From: an uncultured Rickettsiales bacterium
GTDB lineage: Bacteria; Pseudomonadota; Alphaproteobacteria; Rickettsiales; Deianiraeaceae
Direction: 5' to 3'
DNA: 37,147 nucleotides
Assembly: GCA_937906355.1 (NCBI GenBank)
Contig: CALCWF010000191.1
Coordinates: 1 to 37,147, forward strand
In this document: positions 9,205 to 17,894 of the stretch, in pieces
How the letters are laid out: every line of letters starts with the position of its first letter
Position numbering within the stretch: position 1 is the first letter of the stretch
The notes under the pieces: model-generated
What the model was told of the DNA's origin: nothing
Databases searched by the model: none
The model's input: the letters and a program-made list of their open reading frames with translations, nothing else
Program-made: the position numbers and the translations under genes

Positions 9205-10425
9205 CTATTTATTACTAAGCGGTTTTTGCTCTCCACTATTTAGATCTTTTATGAAAATTTCCCCGTCTTTTTCGAAAATGACGAAGTCTGCTTTAATTTG
9301 ATTTGCCCATTTTAGTCCCTTGATGAAATCGATGTTATAGTTGATTTCGTTGCGTGCTCCGTTGACAAAATGACTTTTATTTGTTAAATGACAGTATAGT
9401 GGTTTTTTGTCTGGCATTGTTGAGTTGTCCATTAGCTCCATTAGACGTTCGATTCCGAGAGCCCATCCGAAGGCAGTGAGTTTTTTTCCGGACATTTCTT
9501 CAATTAGATTGTTATATTCCCCGCCACCGCATATAGCATCTTGTGTTGCTCCGAGTTTGTTAGTTGTTATTTCGAAGACAAAACCACTATAATAGTCTAG
9601 ACCGCGCACCAAGTTGTCGTCAATTCGAATATTGCATTTTTGGTCATCTCTATTATTTTTTTCTCCAAACAGATTTTGTTCCTTCTTTTTCTCTAGAAAA
9701 GAATATAGGAACTTTTTATTCTCGTTGCCCAAGAAGTCTTCAATTTTTGGTGCTTGTTTCAATATATTTTTGTCGTTTTCGTCTTTACTATCGAGTATAC
9801 GTAGAATGTTTTTTTCTAATCGAATTTTACTATCATCAGACAGATCTTGTTTGTATTGTTGCAGATATTGATACAATGCATTTGTATATTTTTTTCTTTC
9901 ATCTTTTCTACCCAAATAGTTTATTTTTATAGCGACATCGTCTATTCCGATGCTTATTAAAAGTTTTCGTATAAACATTAGATATTGATATATCTCGTCT
10001 GCTCTTTCTCTAAGTCCAAAGATCTCGAAATTTAATTGATTAAATTGTCGATAACGACCTTTTTGCGGTCTATCATAACGAAAGACGGGCCCATAAGAGA
10101 AGAACTTATGTGGAAAAGGTCCTTGAAATAGTCCGTTTTCGATTACGTATCTACAAACGCCAGCAGTCATTTCGGGACGAAGTGCTACCGCGTCTCCGCT
10201 CTTATCTTCAAAACGATAGAGTTCTTTTTTCACTACATCGCTCTCGTTGCCTAAGTTTCTGTCGAAGAGATTTGAATATTCAAGAATTGGTGTTGTTAGA
10301 TGAGAAAAATTCATTTCTTCCGCTAGATTGCTCGCTGTTTTAACTATAAAATCAAATTTACGTGCATCATTGTCGCACAAGTCTTTCATTCCTCTTAGGA
10401 GTCTATAATCACAACGTGATGTCAT
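9205..10425 (-). CDS. hisS: Histidyl-tRNA synthetase
   Basis: Motif 1 region VALRPEMTAGVCRY, motif 2 FRYDRPQKGRYRQFNQLNFEIFG, motif 3 region GGGEYNNLIE. ATG start at 10423-10425. The C-terminal anticodon-binding domain looks short. Confidence 0.9.
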   Translation of the reverse strand: MTSRCDYRLLRGMKDLCDNDARKFDFIVKTASNLAEEMNFSHLTTPILEYSNLFDRNLGNESDVVKKELYRFEDKSGDAVALRPEMTAGVCRYVIENGLFQGPFPHKFFSYGPVFRYDRPQKGRYRQFNQLNFEIFGLRERADEIYQYLMFIRKLLISIGIDDVAIKINYLGRKDERKKYTNALYQYLQQYKQDLSDDSKIRLEKNILRILDSKDENDKNILKQAPKIEDFLGNENKKFLYSFLEKKKEQNLFGEKNNRDDQKCNIRIDDNLVRGLDYYSGFVFEITTNKLGATQDAICGGGEYNNLIEEMSGKKLTAFGWALGIERLMELMDNSTMPDKKPLYCHLTNKSHFVNGARNEINYNIDFIKGLKWANQIKADFVIFEKDGEIFIKDLNSGEQKPLSNK

Positions 10426-10615
10426 ATTTATATGATGGATTTAATATTTTTTCTTAATAAGAATCAAGTCTATCTATTCATAATAGAAGGGCGTAAAATT
10501 GTCGAGAGTGCAAATTGATAGATAGTATAATTTATTTTTTGTATTTATGTTATATTAATTGTTTTTCTATCTCTTGTTTTTTATAAGAATATAGCCATAA
10601 CCGATTGCTGGCAGG

Positions 10616-11896
10616 ATGATTTTGCTTAAAGATGTTTTTCTAAGTGGAGAACAAAAGGATATTTTGATTAAGGGCAATTTAATTAGTAAAATTCTTGATA
10701 GAATAGATGTGCATAATTTACAGGATGATAATGACGTAGACAATGATACTGAAATTGAAATAATAGATTGTAGTAATAAGGCTATTTTACCTTCGTTTTG
10801 TAATACTCATACTCATGCGTCGATGATGTTTTTACGTGGAATTGGTGAAGATAAAGATTTATTTGCTTGGTTGCAGGAGGAAATATGGCCGAGAGAGGTA
10901 AAAATAACACCCGAGATGATATATCATTTGACTCGTTTTGCAATGTTAGAAATGATAAAAAGTGGAACGACGATGTTCTCTGATATGTATTTTTTTCCTG
11001 AGGAAACCATTAGAGCTATTAAAGAGATGGGAATACGTGGTGCTATTACGTATTGCGGAATGGATCTTTTTGATAAGAAGAAAACAGAAGAGCAGAAAGA
11101 GCTTTGTGAGAAGTTTTTATCGACGAAATCTCCGTCTGCGAGAATTATTAAAGGTCTAAGTTGTCATGCAATATATACGACATCAGAAGATATGTTTCTT
11201 TTTGCGAAAGGACTAACAAGACGAGAAGATACATATTTACATATTCATTCTTCCGAGACTTTAAAAGAAGTAAATGATTGCTTGGAAGAGCACGGTTGTC
11301 GTCCGGTAGAGCTAATGAATGATTGGGGAGTATTAGACGATAAAACGATATTAGCACACTGCGTTCATCTTGATGATGACGAGATAGATGTTTTACACAG
11401 TAAACAAACGACTGTTGCACACTGTCCGTCTTCAAATTTTAAGCTTAATTCTGGGCGAATGGAGACGCAAAAATTGATAGATGCTGGTTTGCGTATAACG
11501 TTAGGAACGGACGGAGTTTCTTCAAATAATTCTTTATCGATGATATCTGAAATGAAGACGATGGCTTTTTCTGGTAGAAGTATAGCTAACAAGGCAGATG
11601 CCGTGAGGATCGACGATATCTACAAGATAGCTACAAAAAACGGTTTTGATTTCTTTGGCGTTAATGCTGGCGAGATAAAAGAAGGCAAATTAGCTGACTT
11701 TATATTGGTTAATTTGAATAACATATTTCTCTTGCCGAACAATAACTTAAAATCGAATATTATATATTCAGCGGATAGTTCGTGTATAACTGATGTTTTT
11801 TGCGATGGTAAGGCGGTAATGAGAGACGGGAAGATACGCAACGAAGACGAGATTATATCTAAATTTAAGAAAGTCTGTGACGCATTACTCAAATAA
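10616..11896 (+). CDS. mtaD: Amidohydrolase of the MTA/SAH deaminase (chlorohydrolase/ATZ-TRZ) family
   Basis: Metal ligand pattern NTHTHASMMFLRG..WLQEEIWP, HIHSSET, AHCVHL and LGTDG, in the order expected for MtaD-type deaminases. Confidence 0.75.
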   Translation: MILLKDVFLSGEQKDILIKGNLISKILDRIDVHNLQDDNDVDNDTEIEIIDCSNKAILPSFCNTHTHASMMFLRGIGEDKDLFAWLQEEIWPREVKITPEMIYHLTRFAMLEMIKSGTTMFSDMYFFPEETIRAIKEMGIRGAITYCGMDLFDKKKTEEQKELCEKFLSTKSPSARIIKGLSCHAIYTTSEDMFLFAKGLTRREDTYLHIHSSETLKEVNDCLEEHGCRPVELMNDWGVLDDKTILAHCVHLDDDEIDVLHSKQTTVAHCPSSNFKLNSGRMETQKLIDAGLRITLGTDGVSSNNSLSMISEMKTMAFSGRSIANKADAVRIDDIYKIATKNGFDFFGVNAGEIKEGKLADFILVNLNNIFLLPNNNLKSNIIYSADSSCITDVFCDGKAVMRDGKIRNEDEIISKFKKVCDALLK

Positions 11897-11947
11897 GTGA
11901 AATACTTTATTAAGTAAAACAATTTACAGAGTTTGTTTAAACTTTTC

Positions 11948-12012
11948 GCTATAAGTTTTTGCTATAAGTTTTCTCAGTTTGATATATAATTTGATATACT
12001 AAATTTGATATA
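11948..12012. repeat. Two short tandem repeat modules in the mtaD/dnaK convergent spacer
   Basis: GCTATAAGTTTT occurs at 11948-11959 and 11961-11972. TTTGATATA occurs at 11978-11986, 11990-11998 and 12004-12012, spaced 12 and 14 bp. Read directly from the sequence. Confidence 0.8.
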
Positions 12013-12025
12013 TTAATTTACTTTA

Positions 12026-12059
12026 CTTGAAGCATGTGCCGATGCTTCAAGTATTTTTT
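12026..12059 (+). terminator. Rho-independent terminator downstream of the amidohydrolase gene
   Basis: Perfect 10-bp stem CTTGAAGCAT (12026-12035) / ATGCTTCAAG (12042-12051), a 6-nt loop GTGCCG, then TATTTTTT. It lies between convergent genes. The T-run is present only in the + orientation. Confidence 0.6.
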
Positions 12060-12131
12060 CACTCATTTTGTTTATTTATTCAATTGGTTATTTGTTTAAT
12101 TAGTTTGCATTTTCGATTATTGCATTTCCAA

Positions 12132-14033
12132 TTAGTTTGCATCCTTTGCACCATCGGCACCGCTACCGCCATTATCACCGCCTTCGCTACCAGTGTTGCT
12201 ACTGTCGCCGTTGCTTCCGGCGTTGTTTTGATAAATTAGCTTACCAATTTCCATTGCTTGATTTCGCAAATTTTCAACGGCGTTTTTGATTTTTTCTAAG
12301 TCTTCTCCGTCCTTACAGTCTTTGACGTCGCTGATTGCTTTCTCGACTTTTTCTTTTAGATCGCTTGGGATCTTATCCTTATTCTCGTTGATAGACTTCT
12401 CAGTTGAATAAATAAGCATATCAGCGTCGTTGCGAGCATCTGCGAGTTCCTTCATCTCTTTGTCCTTTTCTGCATGAGCTTCTGCTTCTTTGACCATATT
12501 TTCAATTTCAGCATCGCTTAGTCCGCCGGAACTTTTGATTGTTATATTTTGCTCTTTTCCAGTTCCTTTGTCCTTTGCAGAAACGTGCATAATACCGTTT
12601 GCATCGACATCGAATGTAACCTCAATTTGTGGTATTCCACGAGGTGCAGGTGCTATACCGTCTAACAAAAATTCACCTAATAGCTTGTTATCACGAGCCA
12701 TTTGACGTTCACCTTGATAGATTTTAATTCCAACAGAACTTTGATTATCTTCCGCCGTTGAGAACACTTGCGACTTTGTTGTTGGAATTGTTGTGTTTCT
12801 TTCTATCAGCTTGGTCATAACACCACCCATTGTTTCGATACCGAGTGATAATGGTGTTACGTCGAGTAAAACTATATCTTTTACACTGCTATCTCCTTTC
12901 AAAACTGCGGCTTGTATCGCAGCTCCGATAGCGACTGCTTCATCAGGATTTACACCTTTTGAAGGTTCTTTACCGAAGAAGTCCTTAACAGCTTTTTGAA
13001 CCGCTGGCATTCTTGTCATACCACCGACAAGCAATACTTCATCTATGTCGCTCGTTTTTAACTTTGCATCTGCCAATGCTTTCTTGCATGGTTCAATAGT
13101 TCTTTTGATTAAATTTTCAGTTAGTTCCTCGAACTTTGCTCTTGTTAACTTTACGTTCAAGTGCTTTGGTCCCGTTGCATCGGCTGTTATATATGGCAAA
13201 TTAACTTCACTCTCTAATGTAGAAGATAGTTCGATTTTTGTTTTTTCTGCTGTTTCTTTGAGTCTTTGACAAGCTAATGGATCTTTCGACAAATCGATAC
13301 CCGGATTTTGTTTTTTGAACTCGTCCATCAAATATTGTTGAATGCATTGATCGAAGTCTTCACCTCCTAGAAACGTATCTCCGTTCGTTGAAACAACTTC
13401 GAATACGCCACCTCCCATTTCGAGAATTGATATATCGAATGTTCCACCACCTAGATCGAATACAGCGATCTTCATATCTTTGCCTTTTTTGTCTATACCA
13501 TAGGCAAGAGCAGCGGCCGTAGGTTCGTTTATGACTCTTAGCACATTTAAACCGGCTATTTTACCCGCATCTTTTGTTGCTTGTCTTTGTGAGTCGTTAA
13601 AGTAGGCAGGACAGGTTATGACGACATCCTTGGACTCACTTCCGATAAATTTTTCGGCTGCCGATTTTAGTTTTGACAGAACGAATGCACCAATTTGACT
13701 TGGTGAATACTCTTTTCCGTCGACTTTTATCCAAGCGTCTCCATTTTTGGACGCGACAATGTCGTAAGGTGATGTTTTTTTCCAGTCTTCTATTTCCTTA
13801 TCTGTGAATTTACGACCAATCAACCTTTTTGCAGAGAAAACAGTACCCTTAGGATTTACGACTTTTTGTCTCTTGGCAGGATCACCTACTATGACTTCGT
13901 CGCCTTTGAAAGCAACCTCGGAAGGAGTTGTAGAGTGTCCTTCGTCGTTTGGACAGATTCTATGTTGTCCATTATCCCAGACACAGCAACATGAATACGT
14001 CGTTCCTAAATCAATACCGAATGGTTTACTCAT
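12132..14033 (-). CDS. dnaK: Molecular chaperone DnaK (Hsp70)
   Basis: 633 aa. Motifs [32 protein letters not shown] and the DnaK-specific [15 protein letters not shown], with a G/S/D/N-rich C-terminal tail. ATG start at 14031-14033. Confidence 0.95.
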   Translation of the reverse strand: MSKPFGIDLGTTYSCCCVWDNGQHRICPNDEGHSTTPSEVAFKGDEVIVGDPAKRQKVVNPKGTVFSAKRLIGRKFTDKEIEDWKKTSPYDIVASKNGDAWIKVDGKEYSPSQIGAFVLSKLKSAAEKFIGSESKDVVITCPAYFNDSQRQATKDAGKIAGLNVLRVINEPTAAALAYGIDKKGKDMKIAVFDLGGGTFDISILEMGGGVFEVVSTNGDTFLGGEDFDQCIQQYLMDEFKKQNPGIDLSKDPLACQRLKETAEKTKIELSSTLESEVNLPYITADATGPKHLNVKLTRAKFEELTENLIKRTIEPCKKALADAKLKTSDIDEVLLVGGMTRMPAVQKAVKDFFGKEPSKGVNPDEAVAIGAAIQAAVLKGDSSVKDIVLLDVTPLSLGIETMGGVMTKLIERNTTIPTTKSQVFSTAEDNQSSVGIKIYQGERQMARDNKLLGEFLLDGIAPAPRGIPQIEVTFDVDANGIMHVSAKDKGTGKEQNITIKSSGGLSDAEIENMVKEAEAHAEKDKEMKELADARNDADMLIYSTEKSINENKDKIPSDLKEKVEKAISDVKDCKDGEDLEKIKNAVENLRNQAMEIGKLIYQNNAGSNGDSSNTGSEGGDNGGSGADGAKDAN

Positions 14034-14250
14034 AAAATAAAACTACTAGACAAAACACTATCAAACATAATTTGAAAAATTTTTTTTCAAGAGTGTCTTA
14101 TTTTTTTATTTTATTTTTCAAAGAATTGGCACGTTATAACTCAACTATTTTTGCGGCAGATCTGCATTTTTGCAGTAAATGTTTTTTTTGACTTTATACG
14201 TGATGTTGATGTTATAAATTGTGAATATTGTAAATATTTCCACAAGAACG

Positions 14251-14325
14251 TCGGAGTGGTGAGATTTGAACTCACGACCTTCTGTACCCAAAACAGATGC
14301 GCTAGCCAGGCTACGCTACACTCCG
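14251..14325 (-). tRNA. tRNA-Pro (anticodon UGG)
   Basis: The reverse complement folds as a cloverleaf: acceptor CGGAGTG/CACTCCG, D arm GCGT-AGCCTGGCTA-GCGC, anticodon arm TCTGT-TTTGGGT-ACAGA (TGG anticodon), variable loop AGGTC, T arm GTGAG-TTCAAAT-CTCAC, discriminator A. CCA is not encoded. Confidence 0.9.
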
Positions 14326-14458
14326 TGTGTTGTATATTGAATGGTTGCCTATTTTATTTGCAAGAAAATTGATTTAGAGGTTTTTTGCTGTTGCCCTGAA
14401 CGTGCAACGTTTTAGTATTTTAACTAAGAGACTTAGAATTTTGATTAAAAGATTAATA

Positions 14459-14788
14459 CTACTTGATATTATTGTTCTGTTGTTTATGTAAATCATGGTT
14501 ACATCTTTCAAGTTGTATGTTACGTCTTTCAACTTGTCCTTTTAATTCAATGTTTTCTTTTGTTGCTGATATAAAATATGTTAAACCGCCAAAAATTATA
14601 AAAGTGGAAAATGCAACTGTTACAAGAACATAAACTGTTTTTTTCGCTAATCCGCTTATTATTTTGTCTTGTATGCTATCTGTATTTTCTTCAATACTTT
14701 GTGAAACTATTTTCTTTAGTTCTTGCAAAAGATCTTCATTCTCACTGTTTTCTACTTCTCTCTCAATAGATTTATTGTTATCGCTCAT
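14459..14788 (-). CDS. Hypothetical single-pass membrane protein
   Basis: 109 aa with an acidic N-terminus, one TM helix (VYVLVTVAFSTFIIFGGLTYFI) and a coiled-coil-like tail. Its start codon lies 4 nt downstream of the ImmA-like pseudogene stop. No family recognised. Confidence 0.35.
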   Translation of the reverse strand: MSDNNKSIEREVENSENEDLLQELKKIVSQSIEENTDSIQDKIISGLAKKTVYVLVTVAFSTFIIFGGLTYFISATKENIELKGQVERRNIQLERCNHDLHKQQNNNIK

Positions 14789-14792
14789 ATAT

Positions 14793-15296
14793 TTATCTTG
14801 ACAATCCGCAGTTTATCAATCTATAGCCCATAGCTTCCCAAGAAACCCCGAAATAATCTGCCGTCATCCAAACACTTTGATTGAAATCTGCAAATTTTCT
14901 TCTTAAAATATCTTTTGGCATCAGGAATTCTGCTACAAATGAATTTGCACACATTTCATTAAAATTCAAGTTTTCATCTCTATTACTATTTTGATTATTC
15001 AATACATGGTATAGTTCATGACATAACGTGAATTTTTTTCTTTGAGGATTTTCGTCTTTATTTACAAATATCCTTTTGAGTTTTCTACAATCTCACTTCT
15101 GCCTGAAATTGCCTTTCTGTCTTTGTCTAATAAATTGTTTTCAAAGATGACTTGAATATTTAATCGCTTGAAGATACTATCAAACGGAATATTAAAGCTA
15201 TCTTTTCCTTCTGCTTTATCGTATAGAAAATGTATTATCTATTCCATACTCTCTTTTAAGAGTTTCAAATGTATTTTCTACTTGCTTAAAGTTCAT
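14793..15296 (-). pseudogene. ImmA/IrrE-family (COG2856) zinc metallopeptidase, disrupted by two frameshifts
   Basis: Three collinear pieces on the minus strand.
1. ATG at 15294-15296, MNFKQVENTFETLKREYGIDN, stop at 15216-15218.
2. Shifted frame, 15238-15062: HFLYDKAEGKDSFNIPFDSIFKRLNIQVIFENNLLDKDRKAISGRSEIVENSKGYL.
3. Original frame, 15092-14793: KRIFVNKDENPQRKKFTLCHELYHVL (HEXXH) then ANSFVAEFLMP and GVSWEAMGYRL.
Concatenated, they give a normal ImmA/IrrE layout. Confidence 0.65.
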
Positions 15297-15467
15297 AAAC
15301 ACTTTTACTTAAAAAAAAACACCAAAAATCTAATTGTTTCTATATAAAAATCAATCAATTTTACTTGACAATTTAAAATTAAATTTTCCCGCCATGGAAG
15401 GCAAAGGGGCAAAAATGCTCTTTTATCGTCAATATTTATTTCCCAATATCAATAATTTCTGTTGCAG

Positions 15468-15489
15468 TTGATATTTGATTGATATTTGA
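15468..15489. repeat. Perfect tandem duplication of an 11-bp unit TTGATATTTGA
   Basis: 15468-15478 and 15479-15489 are identical, read directly. The repeat overlaps the TTG start that the ORF track proposes for the 99-aa ORF. Confidence 0.85.
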
Positions 15490-15778
15490 CTTTTATTTTG
15501 TAGACGCTTTTTCTCGTGATATGATTGCTATCTTTATCAATAACGCATTTGAGAACGAGTTGAGAATAGAGTGTGAACGAGTGAGAGTAAACACGAAGAA
15601 AGACGGCGAGATATGCATATTGCCAAAGTATTATAATTCTATATTCGAAGTGAGCGATACGACGATAGGAATCATGTCTGACAAGAAGGAGAGAAAGATA
15701 AAAATTACAGGCAATGGGATAGTTAAAGTCGACGGCGATAATGTTTGTTGCTTCGGACAATTCGAGGAGGTGCAGTAG
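15479..15778 (+). CDS. Hypothetical protein upstream of mrpE
   Basis: It is the only same-strand ORF filling the gap, ending 30 nt before mrpE. The first ATG is at 15521. No motif recognised. A competing antisense ORF (15449-15760) exists, so coding status is uncertain. Confidence 0.3.
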   Translation: MIFDFYFVDAFSRDMIAIFINNAFENELRIECERVRVNTKKDGEICILPKYYNSIFEVSDTTIGIMSDKKERKIKITGNGIVKVDGDNVCCFGQFEEVQ

Positions 15779-15807
15779 ATTGCAACGAAGGTTTTGCGTG
15801 AAGTTGT

Positions 15808-16341
15808 ATGAATTTTAATTATAACAAGGTGACAAAATTTGCTATTAATAACGTATTGCGTCTCTATTTAAAGATTTTCGCATATACAAAGATCTTTTTA
15901 TTGCTAGTTTGTTTGTGGATTTTATTTTCCGGAAATGATGACAAGTTTATAATTGTATGTGGAGTCATATCTATCATGATAACATTCGTTGTTTGTGTTA
16001 TATGTAAGATAATATCTCCAGATTCTTATGTAATAAAGTTTGCATTCTTTAAGTATGTTTATGCTTTGTTGCGTGATATCGTGTGTTCGACGATCAAAAT
16101 GGTTAAGATAATCTATTCGGAGAAGTTGAGTATAGATCCAGGAACGGTGACGATTAATACGTCTTCGTTGACGAATCAAGAGAAGGTTTTATTTGCAAAT
16201 TTAATAACAATGACGCCTGGAACGTTTGTTATTGCCATTAATGGCGACGATTTCTTGGTTCACGCGCTTGATAGGAAGAATTTGAATTTTGAAGATAGTA
16301 AAGAATTGACGGAGCTCTTGAAGAAGATTCGTGGTTCATAA
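15808..16341 (+). CDS. mrpE: Multisubunit Na+/H+ antiporter subunit E (MnhE/MrpE)-like
   Basis: Two N-terminal TM helices followed by a soluble C-terminal part with LITMTPGTFVIAINGDDFLVHALD, matching the MnhE signature (TLTPGT...vH.ld). Confidence 0.6.
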   Translation: MNFNYNKVTKFAINNVLRLYLKIFAYTKIFLLLVCLWILFSGNDDKFIIVCGVISIMITFVVCVICKIISPDSYVIKFAFFKYVYALLRDIVCSTIKMVKIIYSEKLSIDPGTVTINTSSLTNQEKVLFANLITMTPGTFVIAINGDDFLVHALDRKNLNFEDSKELTELLKKIRGS

Positions 16342-16364
16342 TGCATGTTTTATTGTATTAGACG

Positions 16365-16655
16365 ATGATTGGTATAATTTGTATATATATTTTTTCGATT
16401 ACGGTGATGCACGTGTTGCTATATATGAGGTCCGATAATATGAGTAAGATATTGCTGATAAATAGTGCGATTTCGTGTATCGCGGTTACGATTTTACTTT
16501 CAGCTTTTTATTTCAAGGATACTAACTTCATAGATGTTATTTTTTTCTATATAATAATGTCACCAATTGGGTTCTATGGAATATTTTTATATTGCCAGAG
16601 AGTGCATAAATTAGCAAGAAAGACAGAGAACGATCTCGTAGATAATAAGATATAG
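16365..16655 (+). CDS. mrpF: Multisubunit Na+/H+ antiporter subunit F (MnhF/MrpF)-like
   Basis: 96 aa with three TM helices, immediately after mrpE. The FIDVIFFYIIMSPIGFYGIFLY region resembles the MrpF/PhaF family. Confidence 0.5.
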   Translation: MIGIICIYIFSITVMHVLLYMRSDNMSKILLINSAISCIAVTILLSAFYFKDTNFIDVIFFYIIMSPIGFYGIFLYCQRVHKLARKTENDLVDNKI

Positions 16656-16789
16656 AGACATTTTGTTGTTTTTGTGTCGATTCAGCCAAATCTATTGATA
16701 GATGGGCGATCATGTGGGAAATGGCTCCGATGGTATCGATAAAATAGTTGACTTTATTTTACTACAATTAACTTTTCAACGTTGTAGAT

Positions 16790-17626
16790 ATGTTAAAAGT
16801 CGGTTTACGTTTACTTCTAACATTATGTATCACTTGCATACTGAGTGCAACTGCTTTTGCGACACCGGAGAGGGAGACTCCATTGCCAACCGATACGAGA
16901 ATAAAGACTTTTTTGTATAATCCGAATGAGATTTATACGGTAAAATTTGTTGTCGGTTATCAGTCTCTTATAGAGCTACAAGAAGGTGAGGTTGTTAAAT
17001 TGATTGCTTTTGGCGATCACGGACCGTGGAAAGTTACAAATTTGGATTACAATCTTCATAAATTATTCATTAAGGCAACCGATCCTGGTGCTAAGACGAA
17101 TATGATAATATTGACCAACAAGAGAACTTATTCTCTTGAGATAGAGTCTGTTAGCGACAGTGGCGATGCGGACGACAAGATTACGTATGTTTTACGTTTC
17201 TTTTATCCAGATATAAATGTGGATGTTCCGCCAACGACGACGAAGCTTGCGAAGATTGCCCTTAACAAGCAAGTTGCATTAGGAGGGCACATGAATTCAT
17301 TTGTTAATGAGAAGATGATGGCGAGTGCTGGTTCTATAAATACAAATTATACGTATAGTGGCGATGGAAAGAACATTGTTCCGACAATGGTGTTTGATAA
17401 TGGAACTAAGACGTATTTTAAATTTACTGATATGGAAAATTTACCAATAATAAGTGCCGTTAATGAAAAAACGAAAGAAATACCACTTCGTTTACGTAAG
17501 AGCGGTGAATATATTTATGTTGATACAGTAGAGCAACAGTTTACGATTCGAAAGGGAAGGGAATTGATTTGTATTTTCAACGAAGCAGAGGAGAAGGAAG
17601 TTGCTTACTTGAATAAGAAAAAATAA
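16790..17626 (+). CDS. virB9: Type IV secretion system protein VirB9 (both N- and C-terminal domains present)
   Basis: Signal peptide MLKVGLRLLLTLCITCILSATAFA. The VirB9/CagX/TrbG pattern is present: TDTRIKTFLYNPNEIYTV..GYQSLIEL.EGE.V..IAFGD..PWKV...LFIKA...GAKTNMIILTNKRTYSLEI. The C-terminal domain reads YTYSGDGKNIVPTMVFDNGTKTYFKF. Confidence 0.85.
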   Translation: MLKVGLRLLLTLCITCILSATAFATPERETPLPTDTRIKTFLYNPNEIYTVKFVVGYQSLIELQEGEVVKLIAFGDHGPWKVTNLDYNLHKLFIKATDPGAKTNMIILTNKRTYSLEIESVSDSGDADDKITYVLRFFYPDINVDVPPTTTKLAKIALNKQVALGGHMNSFVNEKMMASAGSINTNYTYSGDGKNIVPTMVFDNGTKTYFKFTDMENLPIISAVNEKTKEIPLRLRKSGEYIYVDTVEQQFTIRKGRELICIFNEAEEKEVAYLNKKK

Positions 17627-17894
17627 TCAATCAAGATAATATAATCATTAGAGTATGCGTTATTTTACGTCTCAGCGTTGGATAGAACTATTTGACTAAT
17701 GATTTACGGAGAAATAATGAAGTCTAACGACAAATGCGTTAGTTTATATTTTCACGATAGAAAATTAATCAAAATTGCTTGCAATTTATCACATTGATTC
17801 TCTCTATCAATAGAATGGTTGACTATATAGACTCTATTAAAAAAGACAGACTATTAGCAGTTCTACCAAATACTCAGGAGTAAGTGAGAAATGT

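Noticed and set aside
14034-14110. A heat-shock promoter or CIRCE element upstream of dnaK.
   Set aside because: Only a sigma32-like -35 fragment (minus-strand ACTCTTGAAA) is visible. No CCCCAT-like -10 lies at the correct spacing, and there is no TTAGCACTC-N9-GAGTGCTAA inverted repeat.
14156-14175. The palindrome GCAGATCTGC and an adjacent 5-bp stem (CTGCA-TTTT-TGCAG), considered as a terminator for tRNA-Pro or an operator for dnaK.
   Set aside because: The stems are short, and no U-run follows in the minus-strand (tRNA/dnaK) orientation. The T-run is in the + orientation, where there is nothing to terminate.
14251-15296. tRNA-Pro as the integration site of a genomic island bounded by att repeats.
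   Set aside because: The ImmA relic lies on the 5' side of the tRNA rather than the 3' side. I found no direct repeat of the tRNA 3' half and no integrase, so only 'relic of acquired DNA' is supportable.
15449-15760. A 103-aa minus-strand ORF competing with the 99-aa plus-strand ORF upstream of mrpE.
   Set aside because: It would point away from any operon context, and its translation looks like a hydrophobic, aromatic-rich shadow. Neither ORF is well supported, and I kept only the plus-strand one at low confidence.
16702-16920. A 72-aa ORF overlapping the virB9 start.
   Set aside because: It is in a different frame overlapping the well-supported virB9 signal peptide and N-domain. No motif was recognised, and virB9 has a clean ATG plus signal peptide at 16790.
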